This document shows, piece after piece, positions 28,490 through 41,100 of a stretch of 64,000 nt of DNA (position 1 is the stretch's first letter; each line of letters starts with the position of its first letter). The stretch comes from Paragordius varius. Taxonomy: Eukaryota > Animalia > Nematomorpha. The translations under genes and the position numbers were made by a program. The stretch is taken from assembly GCA_964247055.1 (NCBI GenBank), contig OZ176053.1, forward strand, positions 4,278,001-4,342,000, given 5' to 3'. The notes beneath the pieces are model-generated. The model saw only the letters and a program-made list of their open reading frames with translations. It was not told where the DNA came from and searched no databases.

Positions 28490-30472
28490 TAAAAAGTTTG
28501 AGCCAAAATATTCATCAATTTTATAAGGAAATTCTAATTAATTTTTCTCATATAACGTTTGATCCAAATTTTTTTGTACTGAAAGCCCATCAACTTTGTC
28601 TAAAAATTGTTTCCAAAGTACAACGAATTCTAAAATTTGATATATACCATTTACAATTCAAATTCACCCTTAAACAATTCAGATTCACCCTTAAACAATT
28701 CAAATTCACCCTTGAACAATTCAAATTCACCCTTAAACAATTCAAATTCACCCCTAACTAAAATATATGTTTTTTAAGATTAAAAATTACCAATATTTCT
28801 ATATTTTTTTAAAAAATAAAATTTTGTATTAAATTAAAATAATACTGAAAAAATAAATAACTATGCCATAAAGATGTATTTCATACTAATAACGAGTTAT
28901 ATTAGTTGGAAAACACATAATTTATTATTAGGGTGAATTTGAATTGCTCAAGCGTGAATTTAAATTGTTAAGGGTGAATTTGAATTGTTTGAGGGTGAAT
29001 TTGAATTGTTCAAGGGTGAATTTGAACTGTAAATGGTATATTATATTCATTATTAAATAAGATTTACTCATCAATCAGGACGACTTTAACCAAATTTGAT
29101 GGCAAAAAATACGAAGCTTTTTGATCCGACATTTCATGATAGCCAGAATCAGAGTTGTTCTTAAAATCTGTTTGGAATACAACAAATTATTTTTAGTAAA
29201 ATTGGGCTGCCTTAAAAAAGCCTACACGCTAACTTACCTTTGGCAAAGCTTGGTAGAGCTGCATCTTCCAAATGTACTGGTCGTAATAAATTTAAACCGA
29301 CATTAATGTGGACTTTGAGATTACGTTCTGATTCCTTTTATATATATATATATATAGTGTTTAGAAGTAGCTATGAATATTCATAAGATTTTTAGGCCGT
29401 AAGTCAAAATGGGGAAAAATATTAGTTATCGACGTATAACAAAATGTGTAAATTTATAAAAAGGGGTGCATAATCAACACATTTATTTTAATATTAAAAT
29501 GATGCCATAAAGAAATAGTTGCCTTTGGACAGTTCGAATATTGTTTAATTATGCTATCTGTTTGTAAGAAATAGCTTAAATTTTTATAAAAACCAATTAA
29601 TAATGACATTATAACAATTATTATATATGATATGCATTTGAGCGTCAAATTGATTTATATATAGAGTGTACCTTATTGGCTGGATCTGATTGATTTTTTG
29701 TTTGTTGTGGCTCCTCCTCTTTTTCAAGGAAGGATTCATTATTTTCGTGATCATCTTCTGTATCAAAACTAATGTATGAATTTGTCATGATGCCATATTC
29801 ATTTGTCATTATTGGATTTCCTTCTACATCGAAAGTTAATTCTTCTTCTTTTTTGTAACCGTTTTGTGATATAATTAAATTTGTTGTTGAACATTCCCAG
29901 GGGTCCTGATCTTCTTGACAACAACTAGCAATGGTATCATTGCTTCCAAAAGAGCTGGCAGAAAATATGGAGTCACAATCTTTTCCCTCTTCTTCTGTAG
30001 TGCAGTCAAATAGATTGTTTGTTAAAATGTGTATTTCATTAGCATTCGCATTCCCAATCATTGAATTTCCACGTTCCTCTGTACAGTCTTGGTTGGTAAA
30101 ATCGGCCAAATTAGATTTTGATGATATGCGTTGCAAAGAATACTTTGTCTTACACGGCCTATCCACGATGCTGTTTGGCTTCTGATTTGACGCCAAAGGT
30201 GTAAGACTCGACTGTATGCCCAATGAGTTTGGGATGGCGATAGCGTAAGAATCAACTGTAAGTGTCGCTCCATCATTTATATTTAAATTTTTTGATCCGT
30301 CTGTTGTTGTAAGGCGAGATAAGTGATTGTTTTTTGGTGGTTCAGACTCTGAAAGTATTAAGTTATTATCACATGAAGTTAAATTGGCTCCACATTGAAA
30401 AGATTTCCAATGCTTTAACGTTGTTTTAAGGAATTGGATGAACTGAATACTGCCTAAAATATTTAAAGGCAT
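25768..30472 (-). CDS. RASSF1/3/5-type Ras-association + SARAH domain protein; middle exons not resolved
   Basis: Exons 30472-29672 (acidic low-complexity region), 29334-29238 (HINVGLNLLRPV ~ FIKVQLKLVRPV), an exon ending at 26138 (VWMKKVESNE...SVYFVIKDHDE ~ VYLRKLLDDE...LSFVLKEND), and 25938-25768 WDNFSVPELKNFVKILDDEE...IQRKY (SARAH). The last junction falls just before the W, as I recall it does in vertebrate RASSF genes. Confidence 0.8.
28647..29036. mobile_element. Foldback-like MITE whose ~110-bp inverted arms are 5 x 21-bp tandem repeats; TA-flanked; intronic in the RASSF-like gene
   Basis: TA|CCATTTACAATTCAAATTCACCC ... GGGTGAATTTGAACTGTAAATGG|TA, with unit ACAATTCAAATTCACCCTTAA. Confidence 0.88.
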
Positions 30473-30865
30473 GGATTTAACCGTAAGGCAAAACACAAAA
30501 TTTGCGAAGAAAGATAGTGTAAATTAATTCCAAAACCCGAAAAAATCAATAAATAATGTTTTTTTGCCTATTTATATAAGAATAGTGTTATATCCTATAC
30601 GGACAATATCCTCTAGTTATTCTGTTACTCTTGCGTCCCTCTCATTTCATAGTCTGTTATTTGTCTCTCATGGATGCTTTATAACTTCTATAAAATATCA
30701 AAAAAATAATTACCTTTTATTTTGCAGGTAAGTTTTAACGATTGACTAATGGGTTATCGATCTTTTTTGATATATATATAATTATATAAAATTATTTATA
30801 TATGCTGATGTGAATAATTGTATTATATTTATATTTTTATTTTAATAACCTAAAATATCATAAAG

Positions 30866-32995
30866 TAAAGTGACCAGATAGGCTGTTTTTCGCAGTACAG
30901 TACTGGGTTTTCGAAAAAAAACCGCGCCTGTACTGCGCTGACTTTTGTACTGCTTTTTGAAATAATTTTTTTTATATAAATATGTTTTAATTCCCATTTA
31001 TTTATACAAGTTTTGTTTGTAAAATTCGATAGAGTACCCTTAGTTAAAATAAATAAATGGTTTTTTTTGCTGTAAAAAACTATGGCCTTTAATTTTAATA
31101 TTTTATTTTCTGCTCTAATTATACATGAAGTTGAGTTTTGGACCGGCCAAATCGTTTATGAATGCCGCCATTCGCGCAGTGGCGGAACTAAAAATATCAG
31201 ACTCCAGATTTAGGCCAACCTTTCACTCAGGGTTTCCGCAAAAGCGACATCAAAAATAAACAAAAAATAAATTAATATTTTAGTAATTTTATCTTTTGAA
31301 AATTCATTTTGTTTCATATAAGTTTCAGCTAAATTAAATTTATTTGAGTTTATTTAATTATAATTATCAAACGGAAATTTTTTATATTTCCGCAATATAT
31401 TATTTTTAAAATTCATTATATTTGGTTTCGATATAACCTTTTTTTATAGGAATAAAACAACTTTTTTATGTTTTGGGTGGGAGGTATGTTCCTTAATTTT
31501 TTGATTCCCTAAACTTTAATTTTTAGTCAGTTTTCTTTTCATTCTTTTGTGCATAAACAAATTTATAGACCTATTTTAATTTTGGCACACACACACACAC
31601 ACATAATATTTTTTTATTAATTCTCTTTTTAATTTTCTTTTCCGTGCCTTTTCCTATAAACAAAATATGGACTACGGAAAAAACACAACTCACAATAGAT
31701 ACTTAGAAAGCAATTGTAATAGTCAAAAATACAGAAGAAAATTGTGAAGCTTTTTTAGATAAAATTTCGCAAAACCATAAATTATTGGGACAAATACATA
31801 AATCTGAAAAATATATATAATTTATTATTTTTAAATATTATTACTATTATAAAAAAATAATTATTTATAAATAATTATGTCACGTCATATACTATTGATT
31901 GGGTAGACTCGGAACTACTTGAATTATTTCTAAATTTTACACTGTAGCAAAGTCGGCATTTGAATAATTTTCTATCCATTCACCTATCTTTTTTTCATCA
32001 ACGCATAGTTTTACCTGCTGTCAAATAGTAATTTTTTCTAAAAAGCTATGGAACAGAACTTTCATTAGATCGTGTGTGAATGATTTTATCTGCACGGCAA
32101 CATCTTATAAAAACCAGATATATTCATTCCCTCTATTTTTATTATCATATATTGGTAATTATATTGTTTTTGGCAGCATTTTTTAAAACAATCATACCAT
32201 TATAATCTATATATTTATAAAAATGGAAAGTAGGGGCTTGGTGATCTGTTTCCGGGAAACCGGTAGATCCATTCAAATCCAAATGTCGAAAAAATATAAT
32301 AATTAATGAATGCCCCGACAATAGCTTCGCCCTTTTTTTGAATTAGGCCCCCAGTTCGGGCCTACCCCGTGTAAAAAACGGTTTTTTTTGAAAACAGAAG
32401 TCCACAAAAATCGGTCTTTGAGAAAATTTTCTGGAAAACGTGTTGGACCATTTAATTTCAAATAATATTTTTGTTTACTTATTTTCGATTGTGCCGAACA
32501 TAATCCGCTCGCTTTTTTAATTAAGGCCCTCTTTTTACCCGCTCCTCCCGTAAAATGCCATTTTTCCAAAAAAATTCAAAAGTAATTGTTTGAATCTATT
32601 TTTCGCCCAAGTAAACAATATATTAGTATGAATGCACCGTTTTGAAATTCCTATGTGATCATAGCTAATAAATAATGTTTCGAAATAATCCACATATGTG
32701 GATCATTTTATTGTCCCTTTTTTCAAATAGCCCCCCCAGTCCAAAGAACTTCCTCGGGCTGCGTAGCAGCACGAGATTTACGCTAGTATTATTATATATC
32801 CATATATATAACATATGATATAATTATATGTGCATACATTTATAATAAATTTATTGTTGGATATTTTAATTGTAATGAGCTTATAAATAGTAAACAATAT
32901 CATTTAATATAAAACACCGAAAATCCGGTTAAAAAATAGGCAAAGTATGTTTTAATTTTGTACAGCGCCAGGGTTCTAAATATCTGGTCACATTA
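30866..32995. mobile_element. Non-autonomous hAT element
   Basis: 15-bp TIRs TAAAGTGACCAGATA / TATCTGGTCACATTA (14/15 match) and a perfect 8-bp TSD TCATAAAG (30858-30865, 32996-33003). Confidence 0.9.
32206..32786 (+). mobile_element. Non-autonomous Helitron nested in the hAT
   Basis: Starts A|TCTATATATTTATAAAAATGG. Ends with hairpin CTCG-G-GCTGC-GTA-GCAGC-A-CGAG (32753-32775), then 7 nt and CTAG|T. Inserted at A^T without a TSD. Confidence 0.85.
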
Positions 32996-35900
32996 TCATA
33001 AAGCCTTTTTTTGGACCAATTAAAGATATCAAGATGGTGTTTGTTTTGAGGCATGGCAAGTCTCGCGCAAAAATATCTGAATCAGAAAATAATGGTTTAA
33101 AATTCATCTCACTTTGGAAAAATTTATTTATTATATGAATATTAAAGCAATTTTACTTTTATATTACATATAAGCTCTCAGATCTAAAATCTAAAATTTT
33201 TATTTCAAATTTAGCGCCATTTCGTAAAGTCTTTCAGGAATTTATCAATAATTTATAAGTTTTTAAAATACCTTTTCAATAACTATACCGCTAAAGCTAT
33301 TTGTCACACGAAAATAAAAATAGTTTTCCCATTGAAAGGTACACCCCCCTTATTTTAATTAAAATTCGCAGGCAAAACGCTTTTAAATACTATGCCCTAT
33401 CAAAATATGGCTATAATTTAATAGCTTCCATGGATTTTTATAGAGCCAAAAACTTAAATATCAGCTCATGTTGGGAAAAGTTGAAGGTTTTAGAAAACGC
33501 TATAGGTGCAGAACGCGTTGGAATGATAATTTGACAAAAAAACCAAGCCAATAATGCAACAGTTGATATACTTCACACCTAACTGTAAAAGCTGGCCAAA
33601 CATTCGAAATAGCGACAAATTTACTTTGATTTCACATCTATATTTGGTGTTTATCTTAACGACTTATACCCGTAATCTTGAAATTTAATAAAAAAACACA
33701 ACACTATGATCACATAGTTTATAATATTTATTTTGGTTAAATAATAATTAACATAATTTGCGATTGTTTCACTGGTTAAATAGGGTTTCGATACTTAGTT
33801 TAAAAACAAAACATTAATGGAAACCACCATGAACTGTAGTATTCTGAAATCTTGTAATTTTATTTCCAACATCGTCACACAGATGATTAACATTTCCCAG
33901 ATTTGAGCCTATTTGTTTCCAGTCTAGTTGTTTCAAAATGTATCTATTCAAAAACCTCATTTTAAGGGGCGCTTTTTTGCGATTTTTTGATATGGTGCAA
34001 TAGACCAAAGTGAAGTAACTTTCTTAAAATAACTCGTAAGCCACATAATCAAAAGCAACAAAATCCTGACACATATTAGATATATATTTCATCAAAATTA
34101 TATGTGCACTATATAATAAACAAAATGTTAAATACTTTTAGCAAAAAAATTTTTACAATAATTTTTTTACATGTTTAAAGCTATCGGACAAAAAACATCC
34201 CAATATATGACCGCCAATTAACACTTCCTTCCTTTTAAAATGGGCTAATTTGCTTAAAACAAACCTAAAAATCCGAAATCTCGCTATATATGAGGTATGT
34301 TATGACATTTAAAATTTTCTCTGAAAAAATGCATCTTCATTAAAAAATATAATTTATAGCAAAATTTGATGAACCGTATTTTATAGTATTTCGGAGCATG
34401 GTAAAAACGGTGGAAATACACTTTAAGATTTACGCTTCAGGGATGCTAAACATTTCTATCACCTCATAATTTGATTGAATCTTTTCTTCTCTTCTTAAAT
34501 TTTAATCTAAAATATATTCTCTACAAATCTATCTAAATTTGAAAACGATTTGGTTACAGTTTATTATACGACCCAGTTCTCCTGTATTGGATATTAAAAG
34601 TTATGTTTTCTACGGTTTAAATTTTAGAGTCCCGAATTCGGATAGCTTCGAATCATGATTGAAAGAAACATCTAATTATAAATCTTGCTGGTAAATATAT
34701 AAAAGCTTTCAAGTTAATTATTTTTTAACCGTAATATTTTATTTGCCAGATGTATTATCGATTTAAAAAAATCCAAAGAAAATAATTGAGGAAAAAGGGG
34801 TTTATTGCGTTTCGAAATTTTTTATCTTGTGCTTAAATGCGAAAAAAGCATAAGGTACAATATTTTTAGCTCAAACAAATTTTAATGATATTATGTATAA
34901 AACTAGCCATAAAAATGATCTTACTTCGAAATCGCATTTTTGCGCTTTTCAAAACTCCATTTTAACACTTCTTTATGTTTACGGATATATTATACAACAT
35001 AGGCATTAAAATTTAATTATCTCAAAATTTAATTATTATTGGCCAACTTTCAAACATACTTAAGCTTTTTAAGCGCATGATACAAAATGCAAATTGCAAA
35101 AAACCTTCGTCTCAAACTATCGCCGCCATTTTTCTTGTGATTTTAACACCTCATTATAATTTTATATTTATTGCACTTGATAACCTTTTGGGGTAGTTTT
35201 GAACCTCTAAGGATTGGTTACAATTTAATTATCAAACCCTCCTCTTTTGGTATTATATAAAAAAAAACTCATTTCTTGAGTTCAAAATTTAGATCCAAGA
35301 CACGATTGGAACAAACAGCTGATATTACAATCACAAACCATTGCTGGATTGTAATTTAAAAGTTTCCAAAGTTATTTATTTACACTTTTAGACCATAACA
35401 TAGAGTTATTATCTTGTTCTACACGATATAAATAAAATAAAGAAAAAATGGCAGTGAAAAAGTTTGAAATAGGGATTTTTACAATTTAAAATTTAAAAAA
35501 ATATTTTGTATCATGCTGAAGGAAAGAAAGCATATTTTCAATTTTGACAGCTAAAATTATTTTTGATGGTTATATTTTATATGACCCTGGGATATAAAAC
35601 TGTGGAAAACACCAAGTGTTAAGTACCCGAATTCGGGATTACAGAGTTTAGATATTGTTGAAAATTAAATTTTTTTATGTTAGAGAAGATCTTTTGTTAA
35701 ATAAATTTTAACCAGAAAACTTCTATTAGCGATTTTCCGTGGTAAAAAACTTATCTCAAAAGATCATCGACAAGAAATAAAAATGTAAAGGTATGAGGCC
35801 AAAAATTAAGACTTTGGCGCATATTTAAAAATAAAAATGTTGTTTGATTTTTACATATATATTGCGTCCTAAATCAGGGGTATAAAAAATAGCCTGTGAA

Positions 35901-36377
35901 AAATATATATTTTTATATAAAAATGTATCAGGATTATCATGGTCTTTTTGATTTTGGCCCTTACAAGTGATATAAGAAAGTTAGTTGAAATTTTGTTGTA
36001 ATTACTCCATATCAAAAAATGGTAAAATTTGCTCATTTTTCTTAAAAGTTTTTTCTGGTAAGCTAGCTCCAAAAAAAATCAAAATTTATTACAAAACACA
36101 TTTAAAAAGTAAAATTTCAAAAAACTTTAATTTTTAGATAAATCTTTTCGCTCTTCTAAAATGAGCTAGCCCTCCTAAAATGAACGTAAAATAGCCAGGA
36201 TTGCCCGATAAATTTTAATAAATGCCAAATTTTCTATCAATGAAAATATTTTTAAAAAGATACATAGTTTTTGAAAGAAATGAATTTTAACACATTTTTT
36301 TGAAATCCTCATATACTCATTATGGAAACGGTATAACAATTTTACATATTATAATAACATCTTCTCTATATAATTAA

Positions 36378-36958
36378 CACTTCGATTCAAATTGGGGTAT
36401 CTAAATACCCCAGACTAAATTTAAGTTAGGATTTTTAAAAAACTACTGAAGGAAACGGTCCCAATTTAAATTTATGCTTCTATCCTGATAAAAATTATAT
36501 AAATATGCCAAAATATCTTGATAAAATTTTGTTTTGAAAAAAAAGTTCCATCTCAAACTACTTCGACGCCATTTTTATTTTGCAAAATTTTTGCAAAATA
36601 TCGTTTTCATTTAATTTCAAGGATAAAACTATAGCTAAATTGTAATATAAATTACATCTAACATTGATAGAAATAGAAAAAGCGCCTCTTTTGTATTATT
36701 GTTTAATTTTACCATTTGAAACATGTGACTTTGACGAAATTTTTACCTTTGGGTTTTAGCTAAAAATATTTAATATCAAATATTTTTGAATAAAATTTTT
36801 TATATATTTAGGTTTATTAATGTTATATAAGTGCAAAATTTTGCCATGGTTTCGATTCCTTCCATACTTTTTAAAATATTTGATTTTAAACAGGCCTGGG
36901 GTATCCAACTACCCCAATTTGAATCGAAGGACTAAAATTAGTGTATTGTATCCAAGTG
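36378..36958 (-). mobile_element. TTAA-flanked (piggyBac-like) MITE, inverted full copy
   Basis: TTAA on both sides and reverse-complement homolog of 19870-20401. Confidence 0.8.
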
Positions 36959-37786
36959 TTAAGGATGCTGAACATTTCTATGGCTCACAAAACTAATTAA
37001 AAGGTTTATTTGCTTATTTTAGTTAATTTTTGTTAAAAACGCAATACTAATGGAAGAGAAATGAATGTTTTAAATTATGATGCAACCGTTTCCATCATGA
37101 AAAATAGCATGAAGTACGCTTAAACAAAATTTTGCTAAAAATCAAATTTTTGAAAAAATGATCCATTTAAAAATGTATTTATGTTTTTATCTTGCAACAA
37201 GGCACTTTTGCGCTTATTTGAAGGGGAATAGCCCTTATATACAGAGAAAAAATTTGGAGCGTCAGATCACACATCCGAAATTAAAATTTTTTGAAAATAT
37301 ATTTTTGCTGTATAAATGAGTTTATACTATATTTTAAAAATATTTTTTGGAAAGCCTCTAGATTTTGCCAAAAATTTATTAAACATGCACAAATTTTGCC
37401 ATTAGATATGGAACACTTACCACAAAAGAGTAAATACCTTAAATCACTCTTAAGGCTTAAAACCAAAAGCAGTATGAAATTCATTTATTTTTCTATCAAA
37501 ATATATTTTCATCAGCTTAAATTTTAACTGTATATACTGTTTGACATACAATGGTATTTTTGAAATGAAGCATTTGATATTTTCATATGTAGCAATTAGC
37601 ATAAAAGTTATTATAAATGGCATATAAGGCCGAAAACCAAAAGGGCCAGAGATTTATTTACATTTTTCTATTTAATTACATATTTTTGTGTCACTACTGT
37701 ATATATTTAGATATTTACGACAGTTACAGAAATGTGTTAAATTATGATTTAAATACCAGGATTGGCCTGGTATCCAGTCAAAAGTT

Positions 37787-38095
37787 ATGAACTTTTATTC
37801 AATATCTTTTATCCTCTTGTTGATTACCCTGTATGATGGATTATCAATCGGACTTACTTTTTACCAAAAATACTTTATAAAGGTAAATTTCTTTCTATTT
37901 TAAGGAATTTCCATATCCTTTATCAATTGTTATCGGACACTTAGCGCTTAAATTCTTGTACGCAACTGTTATCAGATTAATTTTAGCTTTGATGAAGCCA
38001 AAAAAAGAAAAAAGTTTTGTTATCGATAAAAACATGTATTGGAAAACCATTTTTCCAACCGGTAATATATAAATTTAATTGTTTTAATATTTAAT

Positions 38096-38137
<42 letters not shown>

Positions 38138-41100
38138 TAAGGTATAACAAGTGGCTTGGATATTGGATTATCAAATTGGAGCTTTGAATTTATAACCGTT
38201 TCTTTGTACACAATGTCAAAGTCATCTTGCATAATATTCATATTTATTTTTTCCGTCATTTTGGGACTGGATTATTTGGTAAGTCTATTCTCGTTTTGCC
38301 TCAACAATCTTTATTATATGATATATATGAATATAAAAGCACATCTGTGATTATAAACGTGGGGCAAGCGAATTTGATGATTTACGAATATTTTTTCAAT
38401 ACGAGACCATAAATTTGCTAGTTATAAATGGAATTATCATCAGCAATCATTCATTTTTTAGAATATTGTTTACATTCTTACATTTTAATTATAAATCATT
38501 TTCCCCATATAAAAACGTGATAAATATTTTTTAAACGTTACGCTTGTGAACATCAAAGTTTGTGGGGTTTCTTTAAAAGTTGTTTATATCATATAAAATA
38601 TAATTGATATTCATTTCCAGCACTTGTATGAATTAGAACGCAAATAAGCGGTTAATTAAACTTGAATCATATGATATTAGACAAATACCTTAACATATAT
38701 TCAAAGATTGGATCCGGAATCGTTTATGGTTCCTGTTCTAATTTCCTTTTTTATTCAATTATATATGTGTAAAATTTTATGATTTCATATTTACATATCG
38801 TCGAGTTGTAAATTCTCTTTAAAAATTTGCCAAATATGTTTATCTTAATTAAATTTATCATTATTTATTTAATTACATTTTGACTGGCCAAGAAAACAAT
38901 TATAATCTCTTTAACTTTTCATATAATGTAAACAATCGAAAATATTCCTTTGATATCAAATATATATATATATATTACTAATTTTTTTGATATATAAATT
39001 GTAGAAATTCAGTAATTGTTTCTCAGTTACGTTGATTGCAACTGGTTTGTTTCTATTCACTTATCATTCCACACAATTTAATGCCAAAGGCTTTTCACTC
39101 GTTATGATTGCCGCGATGGTTGGTGGCATGAGATGGACTTTGGCTCAATTAGTCACTCAACATCATAAACATGGTATACTTATCTGCTTTTTGCCTAATT
39201 TTATAAATAGTTGACTTTGTCCCCTAAAAATACATGTGTTTTATTTGCATCAAAATGAGCTTTTAAAATTGTTTTTGGTTATTATAAGGGTATTATACTC
39301 ACAATACTGAGTTTGTGGGATGCTTTTCTCAAATTTGAAGTATTATAACTTAAAACTTAGCTAGCTTATTTAAATTTCTTATGAAACATTTTGCAAACTG
39401 AACCTGATTTAGGTTATTATATATGAACCTTTTTTCTAAGTAGGGGTTGTGGGCACCATTTTTTATATATAATTTTGGAGTTGGCCCATTACCTAGTTTT
39501 ATGAATAAATTTTTGGATTTTTTTGTACAGTGCTATATGCGCCTAAATTGGCAAAAATAATTTTTAAAATTTTCCGTCCATATATCGAGTATATTAGCTG
39601 TTTTTTGAATTTTTATGTAGATATACTTTTATGCCAACAAAAGTAGTTGGTGATATTTCTAAGCTTTATACTTTTTTTGTCGTTTCATTACAATAAAATT
39701 TGAAATTTTACGGTAAAAATTAAAAATATGAATACAAATATTTTTTTCTAAAAGACCACCATACTTTTTAAATCTTGATTTTTTTTAAATATAACTCATT
39801 GTTTTATACAACAAAGTATAAAATTGAGATGTATATTGGTAATACAACCAATTATATATATTATAATTGTAAATATATCATTTATATGGAAATAAAAATT
39901 TAAATTTAAAAAAAGTATGGTTGTACGTTTTGTCCGTATAATTTTAGTTTTTACTGTATTTTATATAATTTAGTTTTTTTATTGTAATATTTAGCCATCA
40001 AAAATCCATTAGATGTTATATTTTATGTGCAACCATGGATGCTTTTGATACTAATGCCTCTTGCATTTATTTTTGAGGGTAAATTTCTATTTTTATATTT
40101 AATTAAATGTAAGCTATATAGATAAATATATATTATCTGTCATTTTTGGATGTGAATCTCTTTTATACATTTTAAAATTATTATTTCAAAGAATATTTGG
40201 CAGATAATAATAAAAAACTGTAGCCTCTGGTCAAGGTTAGTGTTGTTAAAATTACACCTACACATTGGTAAACAAATCAATGGCAAATAAAATGTAATGG
40301 TTTTTTACAAAATACCTTTGTTTTTATTTATTGATTGGTTTATACAACGTTTAAATAAAACTAAAAGAAATAAAGATGGTATTGCTGGTTAATATTTTTA
40401 GATGCTTTATATTTATTATATTCTTTTATATGTAATAATATATGCAACAAATTAAAATGCATATTTTTAATTTCCCTAGCTTTTGAATTATATATATACA
40501 TATATGGCAAATAAGATTTATTTTCTCAAAATTGGTTGGAGCCGTTATATTTGGATTTATTATCAGTTATTTAATATCAATTTTTTTGAACTATGAGACT
40601 AAAAGTATATGTAAACCGATTATATTTTATAGGAATTTTAAGGAGATTTTTAAAATCATATTTTTGATAAAATAGGTCCTTATGCATTTATTTATATAAT
40701 TTTCAATATTTTCTAGCTGTCCCGTATGCTTGTTTTTAGGTTATTTGATTAATGCCATCAAATTTTTCAAATTTTTGATAAAAATTTAGGCTTTATGGCA
40801 CTAGATTATAATAGTCTTTGAAAATTTCATCTTGAAAATATTGAATTGAGTATTATGAATTGTATGGAAATTAATTATATCGTTTATTAATAATATCCTA
40901 TATCGGATTCAAAACTTTATCTATATATATTACATTCGATTTCATTGTATAAAAATAAATTTCCTATTTTAGAACCACTTTATGCTACACTTTTTAATAC
41001 TAATAATCCACTCTACAGTCATTTCATTCTGGTCAAAATATTTATTGGTAGTCTCATAGCTTTTGGCATGGAAGTTTTTGAATACATTCTAGTCTCCCAC

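Noticed and set aside
28498-28761. ORF with (FKFTLKQ)n repeats, and CRISPR-like appearance of the 21-bp array
   Set aside because: It is a translation of the MITE arm. The units are contiguous with no unique spacers, and the context is eukaryotic.
17756-30276. Antisense or alternative-frame ORFs overlapping real exons (17756-17995, 22312-22533, 23247-23705, 23471-23656, 29931-30185, 30058-30276)
   Set aside because: Shadows of long coding exons with no independent motifs.
26027-30496. Initial idea that these ORFs are an HPS4/CCZ1-type longin protein
   Set aside because: The SARAH exon at 25938-25768 and the RA motifs explain them much better as RASSF. The tail of ORF 26027-26419 after 26138 is intron.
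33034-33138. Short ORF MVFVLRHGKS resembling a histidine-phosphatase RHG motif
   Set aside because: Only 34 codons, and I found no downstream exon with other family motifs. Likely chance.
33814-34008. Coding-looking minus-strand ORF upstream of the RASSF-like gene
   Set aside because: Could not be linked by phase-compatible splice sites or assigned to a family. Left unannotated.
34966-35618. Possible further TTAA-CACTT...AAGTG-TTAA element
   Set aside because: Only the 5-bp termini match, the interior is not homologous to the MITE family, and the motif is frequent in AT-rich DNA.
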